A DNA stretch of 35,449 nt from Chiloscyllium plagiosum (GCF_004010195.1 NC_057718.1:87916957-87952405); one strand, 5' to 3'. Numbered from the stretch's first letter, positions 24,703 to 35,449 are shown. Numbers and translations are program-made. Notes: a model not told the origin generated them from the sequence alone.

Positions 24703-25320
24703 ACAGATTGGCCTGAAGAATACGGTTAATGTTTGTCCTCTTTTCTATCTTTTCCCGTTTTTTGTTTTCCCTTTTTTTATTCCTTTCTGTCTCCCTAATA
24801 ATTTCCTTTTTGGAAAGGGGGAAAAAGCTTTGGAATAAGTTGTTCCTTTTTTTTTTAATAACTGGATTTTCTGATGGGAAATTTTGTGGATGTTTTTTGT
24901 TGATTCTCTCCCTTTGTTTTCTGTTTGTCCTGCATCTCTTTTAGTCACAAGTAGGGTGACATGAAGCCAGGGATGGGTGGAGTGCTCATCCTGACTTTGT
25001 CTTTTTTTCTGTTGATTTAAGGATCATTTCCTTGTTTTTTTTCTGGCCTAAGCCTGGGGCACAGTCCGAGTTTGAAGGAGCTGTGAAGGAGGGGATGGGT
25101 AGGATGTGTGCCCCCTATGGGCAGGGGGAAGAGTCTTCCATTCAAGGTTCTATAGTTGGTTTTCTTTGTAGTTTTTTGGTAGCAATAGTTGTTTATAGTT
25201 ATGATAGAGTAGTTTTTGTATTAATAGTTTTTCGATTCTATGAGTCTTTATTTACTTATGTTCAACGCTTCGTATGCAGGGTTCTCCCTCCGAGGGGTTC
25301 AAGAGTGTCTGAAAGGGGAT

Positions 25321-28300
25321 ATGGCTAAGTGTGTTATTAAATGGTGCACCTGGAACATTAAGGGAAGTCATTCGCCTGTTAAAAGGAAAAAAGTGCTTTT
25401 TAGCCTTAAGAGGGAAAGGGTTGATATTGCTTTGTTACAGGAAACCCATCTTGATGATGGGGAACACCTTAAATTACAACAGGGGGGTTATGACCGGGTA
25501 TTCTTTTCATCCTTTACTACTAAAAGTAGGGGAGTGGTGGAACTTATCCAGAAAAATCTTCTGTTCACATTATTAGAACAGGTGAAAAATGAGCAGGGAC
25601 AGTTTGTGATACTTAAAGCCCTGATACATGGGGAGGGATATGGCATTTTAAATGTCTACTATCCTCCGACGCATCCCCTCAAATGTTTGATTAGTGCTTT
25701 CTCTAAGTTGAGTGCTTTTGGAACATGGCACATTATTATAGGGGGGGATTTTAATTGTCTTTTGGATCCGACAGTGGACAGGATGCCTTGTGGGCCCCCA
25801 ACTATTTCTTCGCAGGCCAAGCAGGTGGTTGACTTATGCGAGGAGTTGGGGCTGGTGGATATTTGGAGATGTCTTCACTCTACCAGCAGGGACTTTACCT
25901 TTTTTTCAAACCCACATAAATGTCACACGAGGATTGACCTCTTTCTGGTTCCCTCGGCCCCTCTGGATTCGATTATGAGTTATAAAATTGGGAATATAAC
26001 TATCTCTGATCACGCGGCAATATATTTGGAGGTTAAGGCCAAGAGTGAAGGGCTAAGTTTGCGGCACTGGCGTTTGGAACCTTTTCTCCTTAAGGATTCC
26101 AAAATTGTGGAATACGTTTTGAAGGAGTTTCAAGAATTCTTGACTATCAACTCAGTAATCCGTCCATGCTATGGGAGACTACTGAGGCCTTTGCTAGGGG
26201 ATTAGCTATTTCCTATTCGACTAGCCAGAAACGACAGAAGGAGGAACAGCAGCGTCAACTTGAGAAACGGTTGAAAGCCGCGGAGGCAGCACATTTTGCA
26301 TGGCCTTCGGTGACTAAGCTACAGCGGATCACGGCCCTTTGGGCTGCCTTGAATTCAATACTGACACAAGACGCAAAGAAAGACGCTTTTGCTAGACAGA
26401 GGCTGTTTGAATATGGGGATAGGTCAGGGAAATATTTAGCATACCTGACTAGGAAAAAGCGTGCTCCCCAATCCATTACTGCAGTCAGAGACAGTGCCGG
26501 GGTCCTTACATACGATGCTAAAAAGATTAATCAGGCTTTTCGGAGATTTTACTCTGAATTGTATCGGTCTGAAGGTTATGAAGACAGGAGGGCTAAAATG
26601 GATACCTTTTTTAAGAACCTGGAACTCCCAGGGGTAACCTTGGAACAGGCTTCTCTCCTTAATGCCCCCTTGACAGTTCAGGAAATACAGGAAGCAGCGA
26701 GGCAACTTCAGAGTGGGAAAGCACCTGGCCCTGATGGTCTTCTGGGTGAGTTTTATAAGGAGTTTATAGGGATTCTGTCAGGGCTGATGTTGGAGATGTA
26801 CAATCACTCCCATATGCATGAATGCTACCACCATCTTTGAGAGAAGCTAATATTTCCTTAATGCTTAAGAAGAGGAAGGTTCCTGAGGATTGTGCCTCAT
26901 ACAGGCCCATCTCTCTATTAAATTCAGATTTCAAGATTCTGTCCAAGATCCTGGCGCTGAGATTGGAAAGGGTGTTGCCCCATATTATTAAAGAGGACCA
27001 GACAGGCTTTATAAGGGGCCATAGGTCCTCTAATAATATTAGAAGGTTGCTGAATGTATTCCAAGTTTGTCAGCAATGATCGATTCAGAGGTTGGTGATT
27101 TCCTTAGATGCAGAGAAAGCATTTGACCGGGTGAAATGGCCATATCTTTTTTATGTCTTAGAACAGTTTGGTTTGGGTGGAGTCTTTGCTAGGTGGGTGG
27201 AGGTTTTATATCACTACCCTCTGGCCGCGGTCATCGCCAGCAGGGTGAAGTGTGGGAATTTTACGATTGGTAGGGGTAGTCGGCAAGGCTGCCCCCTCTT
27301 GCCGTTGTTGTTTACATTGGTGATAGAGCCGTTGGCAGAGGCCATTCATCAGAACGTCCACATAACCACTCCGGAAGTGGGATCGAGGGCACACAAGATT
27401 ACACTGTCCACGGATGATGTCCCTCTGTTTTTATCGAACTTGATGACCTCCGCATCCCATTTGATACAATGTATCAATTCATTTGGGGCAATTTCAGGAT
27501 GTAAGACTAACTTTGCAAAATCAGAGGCTCTGCCTTTGGGGAACCTTAAGGATGTGCCAGAAGTTGAAGGTGGCTCTAAGTTCCTTTTAAGTGGTCACGG
27601 GCAGAGTTCCAGTACCTAGGTATTTTTATTACCCCCAAGTTTGATCTGTTATTTCGGACTAACTTTGCTCACTTGCTCAACAACATTAGGCGAGATCTCC
27701 AGAGATGGGAGGCTCTTCCAATTTCATGGCTGGGCCAAATATCTCTCATTAAGCTGAATGTTCTTCCTCGTTTGCTTTATCCCATGAGTATGCTCCCTAT
27801 AATGTTTCCCGGGTCAATGCTGTGGAAGCTTATGGGGTGGTTTGGTTCCTTTGTTTGACAACGTGGGTGGCCCCTCATCAAACTTACTAAATTGCAATTG
27901 CCTCAAGGGGGGGAAGAGTTGATTTCCCAGACATCAGAAGGTATCAATTGAGTTCCCTGCTGCCCTTTGTCTGCAATTGGGTAGATAACGATTCAAACTC
28001 AATATGGCTGGATATTGAGGCCTCCCAAGCAAAGTGCCCTCTTATTAACCTATTGTTCATGGATAAGATGGGGACAGTTATGGACCACTGCCAGAACCCC
28101 ATTGTCATTAGTACAGTCAAGGCATGGAGGACAATGTGTCAGAGTGAGGGTTGTTTGTCCAAGACTCCGCCGCTTACACCTATAGTTGGCATACCAGGGT
28201 TCCAACCAGGGATAATGGACTCAGGGTTCAAACTATGAGCAGCGAGAGGAATTTCTGGTTTGGGAGACTTGTTTGAGGGGGCGGTTATGATGTGTTTTGA

Positions 28301-29111
28301 GCAATTGAGCTGCAAATACGGGTTGCCCAGCAGAGATCTTTTCCGTTTTTTTCATGTTAGGGATTTCATCCAGAAGAAGACTATGCTTCTCACTAAGCCC
28401 TATAAGCCCAATACAGAGCAGTTGTTGCTACGCTCCACAAGCACCCTTTCGGTTAGTGCCCTCTATCGCCTGTTGGGTGGCAGGGCCTGGCAGAATATTA
28501 ACCAGTTATGTGAGGTCTGGGATCAAGAGCTGGGAGTGGAGATCTCTTCTGAAACATGGGAGAACATATGGGAGCATACTCAAAAGATCTCAATCTGTAA
28601 TAGGACATGCACTACGCAGTTAAAAGTTCTACACAGGGCTCATCTGGCACCAGACTGTCTGGCGAAGTTTAAAAAGGGGGCATCTTCAGTGTGCCCCAAA
28701 TGTAAAATAAGTGTAGGTACTCTTACCCATTGCTTCCTAGACATGCCACAGGCTCCATGTTTATTGGAGAGCTGTGGCGGGAGAGGTAGGGAGGGTATTG
28801 AGAACTGAAATCAAAGTAGTCCCGATATCTCTCCTCTTAGATCCACCGAATTTACCATCTTTAGATGGGCTTGGGAAGAAACCATTTAATATTGTTGCAT
28901 ATTGCGCACGGAAGAATATTCTGATGAACTGGGTGTCTGAGAACTCGCCGGGCTTGCTGGGATGGCAGAAATTAATTGTGGAGCACATCCCCTTGGATTT
29001 TTTTACAAACATGGTACACCACACAACAGACAATTTTTAAAAGACATGGCAGCTTTACTTGAGTATTTGGATATAGATTTGACAGTTACCTTAACTAGGG
29101 CGCTTGTTTAA
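25321..29111 (+). pseudogene. L1 ORF2p (AP endonuclease, RT, CCHC), multiple frameshifts and stops
   Basis: TWNIKG, LQETH, GGDFN, RIDLFL, SDH; KAPGPDG, YRPISLLN, DQTGF, SLDAEKAFDRV, RQGCPL, LSTDD (YADD mutated); CPKC..LTHC. Confidence 0.95.
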
Positions 29112-29636
29112 CCAGGATGATTAGATTTGTCAAGCCCTGGGCCCTGGAGGGGGTCTCCCGAGTTAACACGAGTATGTATACAATGCTCCTGTTCCTTTGT
29201 TTGGGAGCTTTGTGCTCAGCATAGCTGTTCTGTATTTTGTGTTTTTTTGGGGTTTTTTTTGCTTTTCTTTCTTTTTTTGGTGTTGCTTTGCACAGTTTTA
29301 GGGTTTGCTTTGTATTATAGGGTAGGTTAGTAGTTAGTAGATAGTAGTTGTATTGTAATTTGTGTTTTTTTTATTACACTGATATTTGTTATTGATTGTT
29401 TTTTCAAATAATTTTATATGTTTGTAAAGTTAAAAAAATTTGCTAATAAATATATATTTTTTAAACTTTAACTTTTATGACGACTCCAGGGATAGCTGGG
29501 TTTAATTTCCAGTGTGCTACGCCAGTCAGGTGTACTGCAATGATGAAACAAATCCATTCAACCAGAACCAAACGTTTCGGAAGTAAAGTGACTTTATCAC
29601 TGTAAAGATCATTATTGCTTTAAGAAGACAGTCAGT

Positions 29637-30394
29637 CAGTTAACATCTGGAAGTGGATAAACTGACAAGCAGTCAGGAGTACGCAAGGCAACAGGGCAAA
29701 AAGCAGCACTCCAGAAGAAAACCTTCACCTTGGAACTGATAAAAGGTGAAGGAGAAATGTGCTAGGAAAGGATTAAAACAAAGTCACAAGGGGAAGGCAG
29801 AAGTACAATCTGTGGGATTAGTTTGGAACTCTGAATAAAGTCAGAAATTCCTAGGGGCAAGGGGTTATAAACCTAACAGAATGGTGCAAAACACCAGTCT
29901 GGGAAGGAAGTGAATTGGACCCATCAAAACGTGTCTTACCACCATTGTTAGCAGGCTCCATGATGCATAGCTATAGTAGCTAGATCAAGGGACAGAGCAT
30001 CTGACATCAAGATAGCATTGAAGCCAACATCTAATGAATAAATTTTTAAAATGACAGCCATACATGCTTTAGTCCCCTTAAGATGTTGGCAAGGCTACAT
30101 TTTTTATCCATCCCTAGTTTTCCTGAATGCATTCAGAGAGAATAATGTGTTGGGCTGGAGGCAAATGAAGGCCAAGCCAGATAGACTTAGCTGGGCTCAT
30201 TCACAGTTGGCTTTCATGGCAGTCACACTGTACCAAATACCAGCTCTTCAGGCTCAGAAAATCCTCTCTGAAGTTAATTTATATGCCTTGACACTGCCAC
30301 TCTTGACCATTAGATATAAAAAGCAAGAAACAGCAGTTAACATCTGGAAGTGGATAAACCGACAAGCGGTCAGCAGTACTCATGGTAACAGGGC
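29637..30394 (+). repeat. Dispersed 61-bp direct repeat pair
   Basis: 29637-29697 vs 30334-30394, ungapped, 55/61 identical. Confidence 0.9.
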
Positions 30395-31099
30395 TGGTCC
30401 TCACTTTGATATATGCAAATATGTCTGATGAGAACTTATTGTTTGGACTTGGGCCTAAACCAAAAAGCATAGAGAGAAAATTCAGGGGCATTGACTTTAG
30501 CGATTGGAAGAATGACATCTGCCCATTTTGCTGCTAGAGACAAAATGTCAACTAACAAAATGTCAACTTCCACTTCTCCTCTCACCTTCAGGACACCAGT
30601 TTATGTTTGACGTCTCAAGTGGTTGACTCTCTAGCCTGGTAAAATCCCCCTCTTGGAAATATGTGAAATACTTTTGGATAACGTTACATGGGTTGTTTCG
30701 CATTTGATTTCCTGTTAGTAAGAGAAACATTGCATTTGGCTGTCTTTTGAATAGAGAGTAATTAGTTCGCCTATGAACTGACATTTCCTAAAGCAATGTT
30801 TCTTTTCCTCAAGGATGGAAGCTTGCTGGGAAAACAAAAGGTTTGGTCAGGGCTTGCAGGGAAGTTTGTGCTTTTGAATAATTAACAATTGTTGACTAAA
30901 CAGTTGACAAGCTTATCACGAGTCAAGGTTGAGAATCCTTTAGCTGGTATGGTTGCTGGGTGTATGTGTAAATTTTTTTCTGATCGGTATCAAGTGCTTT
31001 CATGGCTCTTGTCAATAGTGGCTTCTCTTTTTTAACTCTTTCAGATTCTCTATCAATTTAAGAAAATAAAGCAATGATCATCAGTTAGGTGTGGATCAA

Positions 31100-31312
31100 A
31101 GCATGAGGAACAGGAGCAGGAGGAGACCATTGAGTTCAATCTTACCACCAGTAAGATCATAGTTGATCTGATGCAACCTTAAGCTCCATTTTCCTGCCTG
31201 TTCCCCTTATACTTGTTAATGAAAGTCAATGTAATCCAGCCTTGAGTATATTCAATGACCCAGCATCTGCTGCTTGTTGAGGAAGAAAAGTCCAAACTCT
31301 ATGACTCTATGA
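31100..31312 (-). mobile_element. Old CR1 3' tail, followed by a short plus-strand (TCTATGAC)n remnant
   Basis: catgaggaacaggagcaggag..accatt..taagatcatagttgatctg..ccagccttgagtatattcaatgacccagc; ctctatgactctatga at 31297-31312. Confidence 0.6.
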
Positions 31313-31763
31313 TAACACCTTACATCATGTTGTGTAGGACTATCACCATGTTAAATGGAATAGACTTCAAACATATCCAGGAACAGTGGACCATAGCAAG
31401 TAAATTAGGGGAGGACTCTGTGAAACAGAGAATGTCTTTTCTACTTTTTCAAGATATAATTAAAAGAATGACCTTTGCTACCCAGCCACTATTGTGGCAC
31501 ACCTTCTGCAGTGAGGAAATCACCTTCAGGAACTTCAGTCGTCCACTGCCACTTCCAGGAACCTGAAGGCTAACTGAAAAATTACAGTCATCCCCTTTTA
31601 AGCGACCATTATCAAGCTGAATTGCAGCAATGTGCAGGTGGGTTACCGTGTGGTATCCACTCACGACCAACCCTCTCATCCATCCCATCTCCAGGAGAAT
31701 TGTTCAGGAATGGGAAGGAGTAGGGGTACACTAACATGCACCAGCCAACATTGCTTCATTAGT

Positions 31764-31947
31764 TGAGAGTGTGGTGCTGGAAAAGCACAGCAGATCAGGC
31801 AGCATCTGAGGAGCATCCTGATGAAGGGCTTATGCCCAAAACGTCGATTCTCCTGCACCTCGGATGCTGCCTGACCTGCTGTGCTTTTCCAGCATCACAC
31901 TCTCGACACTCTGATCTCCAGCATCTGCAGTCCTCACTTTCTCCTAG
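31764..31947 (+). mobile_element. 184-bp PLE-derived hairpin element with 12-bp TSD
   Basis: Inverted arms 31765-31815 / 31854-31904; hammerhead-like core 31818-31845 in the loop (GAAA mutated to AAAA); TSD TGCTTCATTAGT at 31752-31763 and 31948-31959. Confidence 0.9.
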
Positions 31948-32406
31948 TGCTTCATTAGTGCCTGCATGCCTCTGATCGTGGCTCTGATTGGGGCTAAATG
32001 TTCAGCCGCACATGTGGATAGTTTGTATTGATGATGGCCAGAAGCACAGGGTTTTGTATGCTTTTCCCCCTTGTTTGTGCGAACTATTTCTTTCGGGAAG
32101 TGCCAGCAAATACTGACCTATCATTTGGTTCACTATTTTATTACTTATTGACATTTTATTACTTTTTTTGGCAGTGTAGCACCAAGTACAGTATTTACTT
32201 GAGAGACTAAATAATTGTCAACGTTTGGAAGTTTATCCAGATAATTTGTGTATTTGTTTGCAATGCATTCCATTAAACTTTGATTGCTTTCCGAATGATT
32301 TCAACAGCCTTCTCATCTTTCTTGGACCATGGAATTTTTTATAAGTTCTTTCTTTTAACTAGAATGCTTCTTGCAAATTTACCTCCCGGCAAGCATTTCC
32401 TGTGTC

Positions 32407-32439
32407 TGTTTACATCTGGCGCCTTGTAACCTTGGCAAC
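32407..32439 (+). promoter_or_regulatory. Forkhead site plus RFX X-box
   Basis: TGTTTAC (32407-32413) and GTAACCTTGGCAAC (32426-32439), matching GTNRCC-N0-3-RGYAAC, in non-repeat sequence. Confidence 0.5.
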
Positions 32440-33245
32440 GCATCTGTACTCTAACCCTGAAGTTATAGAAAATACTTCAGGTCCAGCTGTGTTTGAGTAA
32501 AGGTAGTTTATTTTCCAACCAGGTTCTCGAAAGTTTGTAAAACAAAAAATGACAAGCATACTTAAAATATGTTGATTGTTAGAGTATATGAACTGGCTGT
32601 GGTCAGTAAAAGTTGACACATGATTAATGTTCTAAGACACGGTTTCTAATATCAAGAGTTGCTTCAGTGAAGATTTGTGATAGTGAATAGATGTTTTGTT
32701 CCGAGCAGTATGCTACAGTCACACAGTTTTTAGGTGCTTGTTCACTCATTATTCTTGGAGCCAAGAACAGCTACTGGACTGTTTGCAGCCTCATCCAAAG
32801 TGGCAGAAATCGACAAAAATGTTTGCAACGAGAAAGAAAATATCGGAACATCTGGTTTCTGTCTGCTGCCAAGAAAAGGAAGGAAGGGGGTGGGGAAGGG
32901 AGAGAAGCTTGTTAAATTATACAAGTTGACTTACTAAAATGTTGTGCACAAAGGAAGAAGCAAGGAAACCTTCTAGAAGGTTGTGAGAAGACTTTTTTGA
33001 TTTAACGGATGTGTGGCAAAGTGATGAGGTAGGAGAATTCAGAGGGAACCTGAGCAAAGACTTCCCAGTTGGGGGTTCCAAGATGGCAGTGACTCAGCAA
33101 ATCTGAGTCTATAGTGCTCCTCCCAAGACCTAGGCAAAGTGGGCCACCCTCCTCCACCACACTCACCAAATCAATTAAAAATAGTTTTTACTTAATGTAA
33201 TTAGTGGTTTAGTACTAAATTTATACAGTTCAGTCTCATGTAAAA

Positions 33246-34095
33246 ATGACTAGGGGGAAAGGAGCCCGCAGTTCTCAGCAGGCAGGAGCCCCTCCCCCAC
33301 CCTCCCCAGCTGCAGCAGAGGCGTCCGCAGCCACCCCAGGGGACTTACCTGCGGTGGCGAGCCTCACGGAAATAATCTCCAAACTCAACGCGAAGATCGA
33401 TGCTTTCATAGAAGAGTCCCGAAGTCGGTGGAATTCATTCTCAGCTGCGCTACGAAAGCACGGCCGAGACATCGAAGAAATTGAATGCCGAGTCGGAGGG
33501 GTGGAGCTAAAGGCCGCGACCTCCGAGGCCATTGCAAAATCGGCCGTGGATCGGGTCCGGACTCTCAAGCAGCAAGTCCAGACCTTAGAGAATCACATTG
33601 ATGACCTCGAGAATCGCTGGGCCTTCCCGAATGGGAAGAAGAAGCCAGCTTACAAGGTTCCTTGAACAGTGGCTTCCACAGTTATTGAATCTGGAGGCTG
33701 GATCAGGCCAGGTAAGGGTAGAATGGGCCTACCGAATTGCAATACGCGGGCCCAGCTCGAACCAGCGCTCCCGCCCGGTCCTGTTCCGGCTGCAGAGCTA
33801 TAAGGTGAGGCAGATGCTCTTGGAAGCTTCCAGAAATCTTGGGAAAGATCCCCAAACCATGACTTATAAAGGATCCAAAATTATGTTATTTCAGGGCTTT
33901 TCCTCAGCTTTGGTCCAAAAGAGGAAGGCGTTTGATGAAGCAAAGAAGTGTTTAAGGGATTTAAACATTCAATACTCCTTGCGCTACCCAGCTATACTAC
34001 GCTTTAGCCATGAAGGGTCAGTGTATAACTTCGGATCACCGGAGAAGGCCAAGGAACTTTTGGACTCTCTTAGACAAATTATAAGAGTTAATTGA
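33246..34095 (+). pseudogene. L1 ORF1p, frameshifted near 33618-33645
   Basis: Coiled coil ending IDDLENR, then LGLPE, FLEQWLP, RPVLFRLQSYK, KIMLFQGFS, YSLRYPAILR. Confidence 0.9.
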
Positions 34096-34141
34096 TGTTG
34101 TTTTGCCCTACCCCCACCCCAGTTTACCCCCCTTTTTTTAC

Positions 34142-34249
34142 GGGGGAAAGGAGCCCGCAGTTCTCAGCAGGCAGGAGCCCCGCACCCACCCTCCCCAGCT
34201 GCAGCAGAGGCGTCCGCAGCTGCCCCGGGGGACTTACCTACGGTGGCGA
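34142..34249 (+). repeat. Internal duplicate of ORF1 5' end
   Basis: 108 bp, 102/108 identical to 33253-33360. Confidence 0.95.
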
Positions 34250-35134
34250 ACGATTGTGGGGTGCCTGGGTCAAGGGTGGGGCACTGGTTGGGAGAGGTTA
34301 TGATGGGTTTTTTGGAAAGGAAGTGATGCCCCCTGGGAATAAGGGGGAAGATCTCCATTTAAATACGTTTTATACTTTTTTTTACTATTTAGAAATAGTT
34401 TATTTTATTATCTTGATCTGAATGCACTAAAGAGCTTTTATTTTTGTGAATTTTATATGCTCTATGCTCGGGATGTTTTGGATAAATATGGGTTTTGTTG
34501 TGATCTGATGTTAACACATTCCGAGCATGTATATCACTGCTCAATTTATGTGTTATCCGTTGGATTTTTTATTTTCTCTCTTGAATAATGTAAGAATTTT
34601 AATGATACACTCTGGTTAGTTGTAAGTTAGATGAGTAGTTAGTTGAGTTTTGTTTTTATTTCTCTTGGTATTTCTGTTTTCTTGTTTGATAGATTTTGGT
34701 TATCATTTATTTAAGATTTAACTGTATATCAATGTTTATATTTGGGTTTTTTTTAGTTTTCTTTTGTAAACTTGTTAAAACATGTTAAAATTTTCAATAA
34801 AAATATTAAAAAAAAGACTTCCCAGTTAAACATCTGGGTCTGCTTGATTTTCACATGCAAGAATGCCATCCTACTACTGGTAGATATATTGTTGCAATGA
34901 TCTAAGTGACAGTATGTTTGTTTTTAGTTTAATTGGGAGTGCTGAACCAGTCTGACTTGGAGTCTAGTAAAGTCTGTCTCTTAATCTGGCTGAAACACTT
35001 CATTTCCTACGAAGAATAGTGAATCAGTTGATGGAACACTTGAGGTTTTAAGCGTGAAACTGAAACTTCAACATGATGGATTAACAGGCAAATCTTGTTA
35101 GACTTTGTTCTATTAGTGAGGAGCAGGCAGGTAA

Positions 35135-35235
35135 AAGTGTTCTACATTGGAACAGCGCTAGGCCATTCAGCCCCTTGAGCCTGATCTGTGTCAAATTAAA
35201 TCAAGGCTGAACTGTACCTCAATTTCATTTATACA
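35135..35235 (-). mobile_element. CR1 3' tail fragment
   Basis: taggccattcagccccttgagcctg..aatcaaggctga.ctgtacctcaa. Confidence 0.6.
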
Positions 35236-35449
35236 TTTCGGCTTCATATGCCTTAATGTGTTGTTGTGGTTCTGTTCACCGAGCTGGAAGTTTTTGTTGC
35301 AAACGTTTCATCCCCTGGCTAGGTGACATCATCAGTGCTTGGGAGCCTCCTGCGAAGCACTTCTTTGATGTTTCCTCCGGTGTTTATAGTGGTCTGTCCC
35401 TGCCGCTTCCGGTTGTCAGTTTCAGCTGTCCGCTGTAGTGGTTGGTATG
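35236..35449 (-). mobile_element. PLE (third family) 3' terminus with hammerhead core, runs off window
   Basis: rc: YQPLQRTAETDNRKRQG (ORF end) then GCA-CTGATGA-TGTCACCT-AGCC-AGGGGAT-GAAACGTT-TGC (35298-35338). Confidence 0.8.

Larger units (their letters stand above)
24010..29463 (+). mobile_element. L1-clade (L1/Tx1 group) LINE, 5'-truncated, inactive
   Basis: ORF1 remnant, ~600-bp T-rich inter-ORF spacer, ORF2, GT-rich 3' UTR with AATAAA at 29445-29450; no TSD found. Confidence 0.95.
33071..34812 (+). mobile_element. ORF1-only non-autonomous L1 derivative (HAL1-like)
   Basis: 15-bp TSD AAAGACTTCCCAGTT (33056-33070, 34813-34827); 5' GGGGG plus YY1-like CAAGATGGC (33079-33087); ORF1; no ORF2; AATAAA 34796-34801 and short A tail. 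Confidence 0.9.

Noticed and set aside
25240..28808. ORF2 pieces as a functional or domesticated gene
   Set aside because: Multiple frameshifts and stops; catalytic YADD reads STDD
24000..29480. TSD around the long L1
   Set aside because: No matching flanking duplication found, and the interrupted old LINE does not visibly resume after the tail
31255..31566. 103-aa ORF as a host exon
   Set aside because: Begins inside a CR1 tail; no recognisable domain or convincing splice sites
32691..32937. Overlapping short ORFs in three plus frames and one minus frame
   Set aside because: No recognisable homology; consistent with chance
1..35449. CRISPR array, prokaryotic operon or retron-type system suggested by RT plus repeats
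   Set aside because: No regularly spaced repeat-spacer array; all RTs are eukaryotic non-LTR or PLE types in a vertebrate repeat context

Overview
Eukaryotic, repeat-dense, largely non-coding DNA. The repeat repertoire points to a cartilaginous fish, probably a carpet shark (inference, not a database match): CR1/HER1-type LINEs with (TCTATGAC)n tails, Deu-domain tRNA SINEs, Penelope-like elements (PLEs), L1-clade LINEs, L2 remnants and Tigger-type MITEs. I recognise no intact host CDS; every long ORF in the track is a decayed retrotransposon or runs through the N-gap at 2771-3113. Main content: (i) a 5'-truncated, frameshifted L1-clade element (~24010-29463) with ORF1 and APE-RT-CCHC ORF2; (ii) a 1.74-kb, TSD-flanked, 5'-intact L1 derivative with ORF1 only (33071-34812, HAL1-like); (iii) many PLE termini carrying minimal hammerhead-ribozyme cores, often as inverted repeats with TSDs; (iv) nested CR1, MITE, SINE and old-LINE insertions; (v) unique sequence with a possible first exon near 1.3-1.6 kb and an RFX X-box next to a forkhead site at 32.4 kb. 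Repeat family calls come from recalled motifs and consensus sequences, and boundaries of old repeats are approximate.
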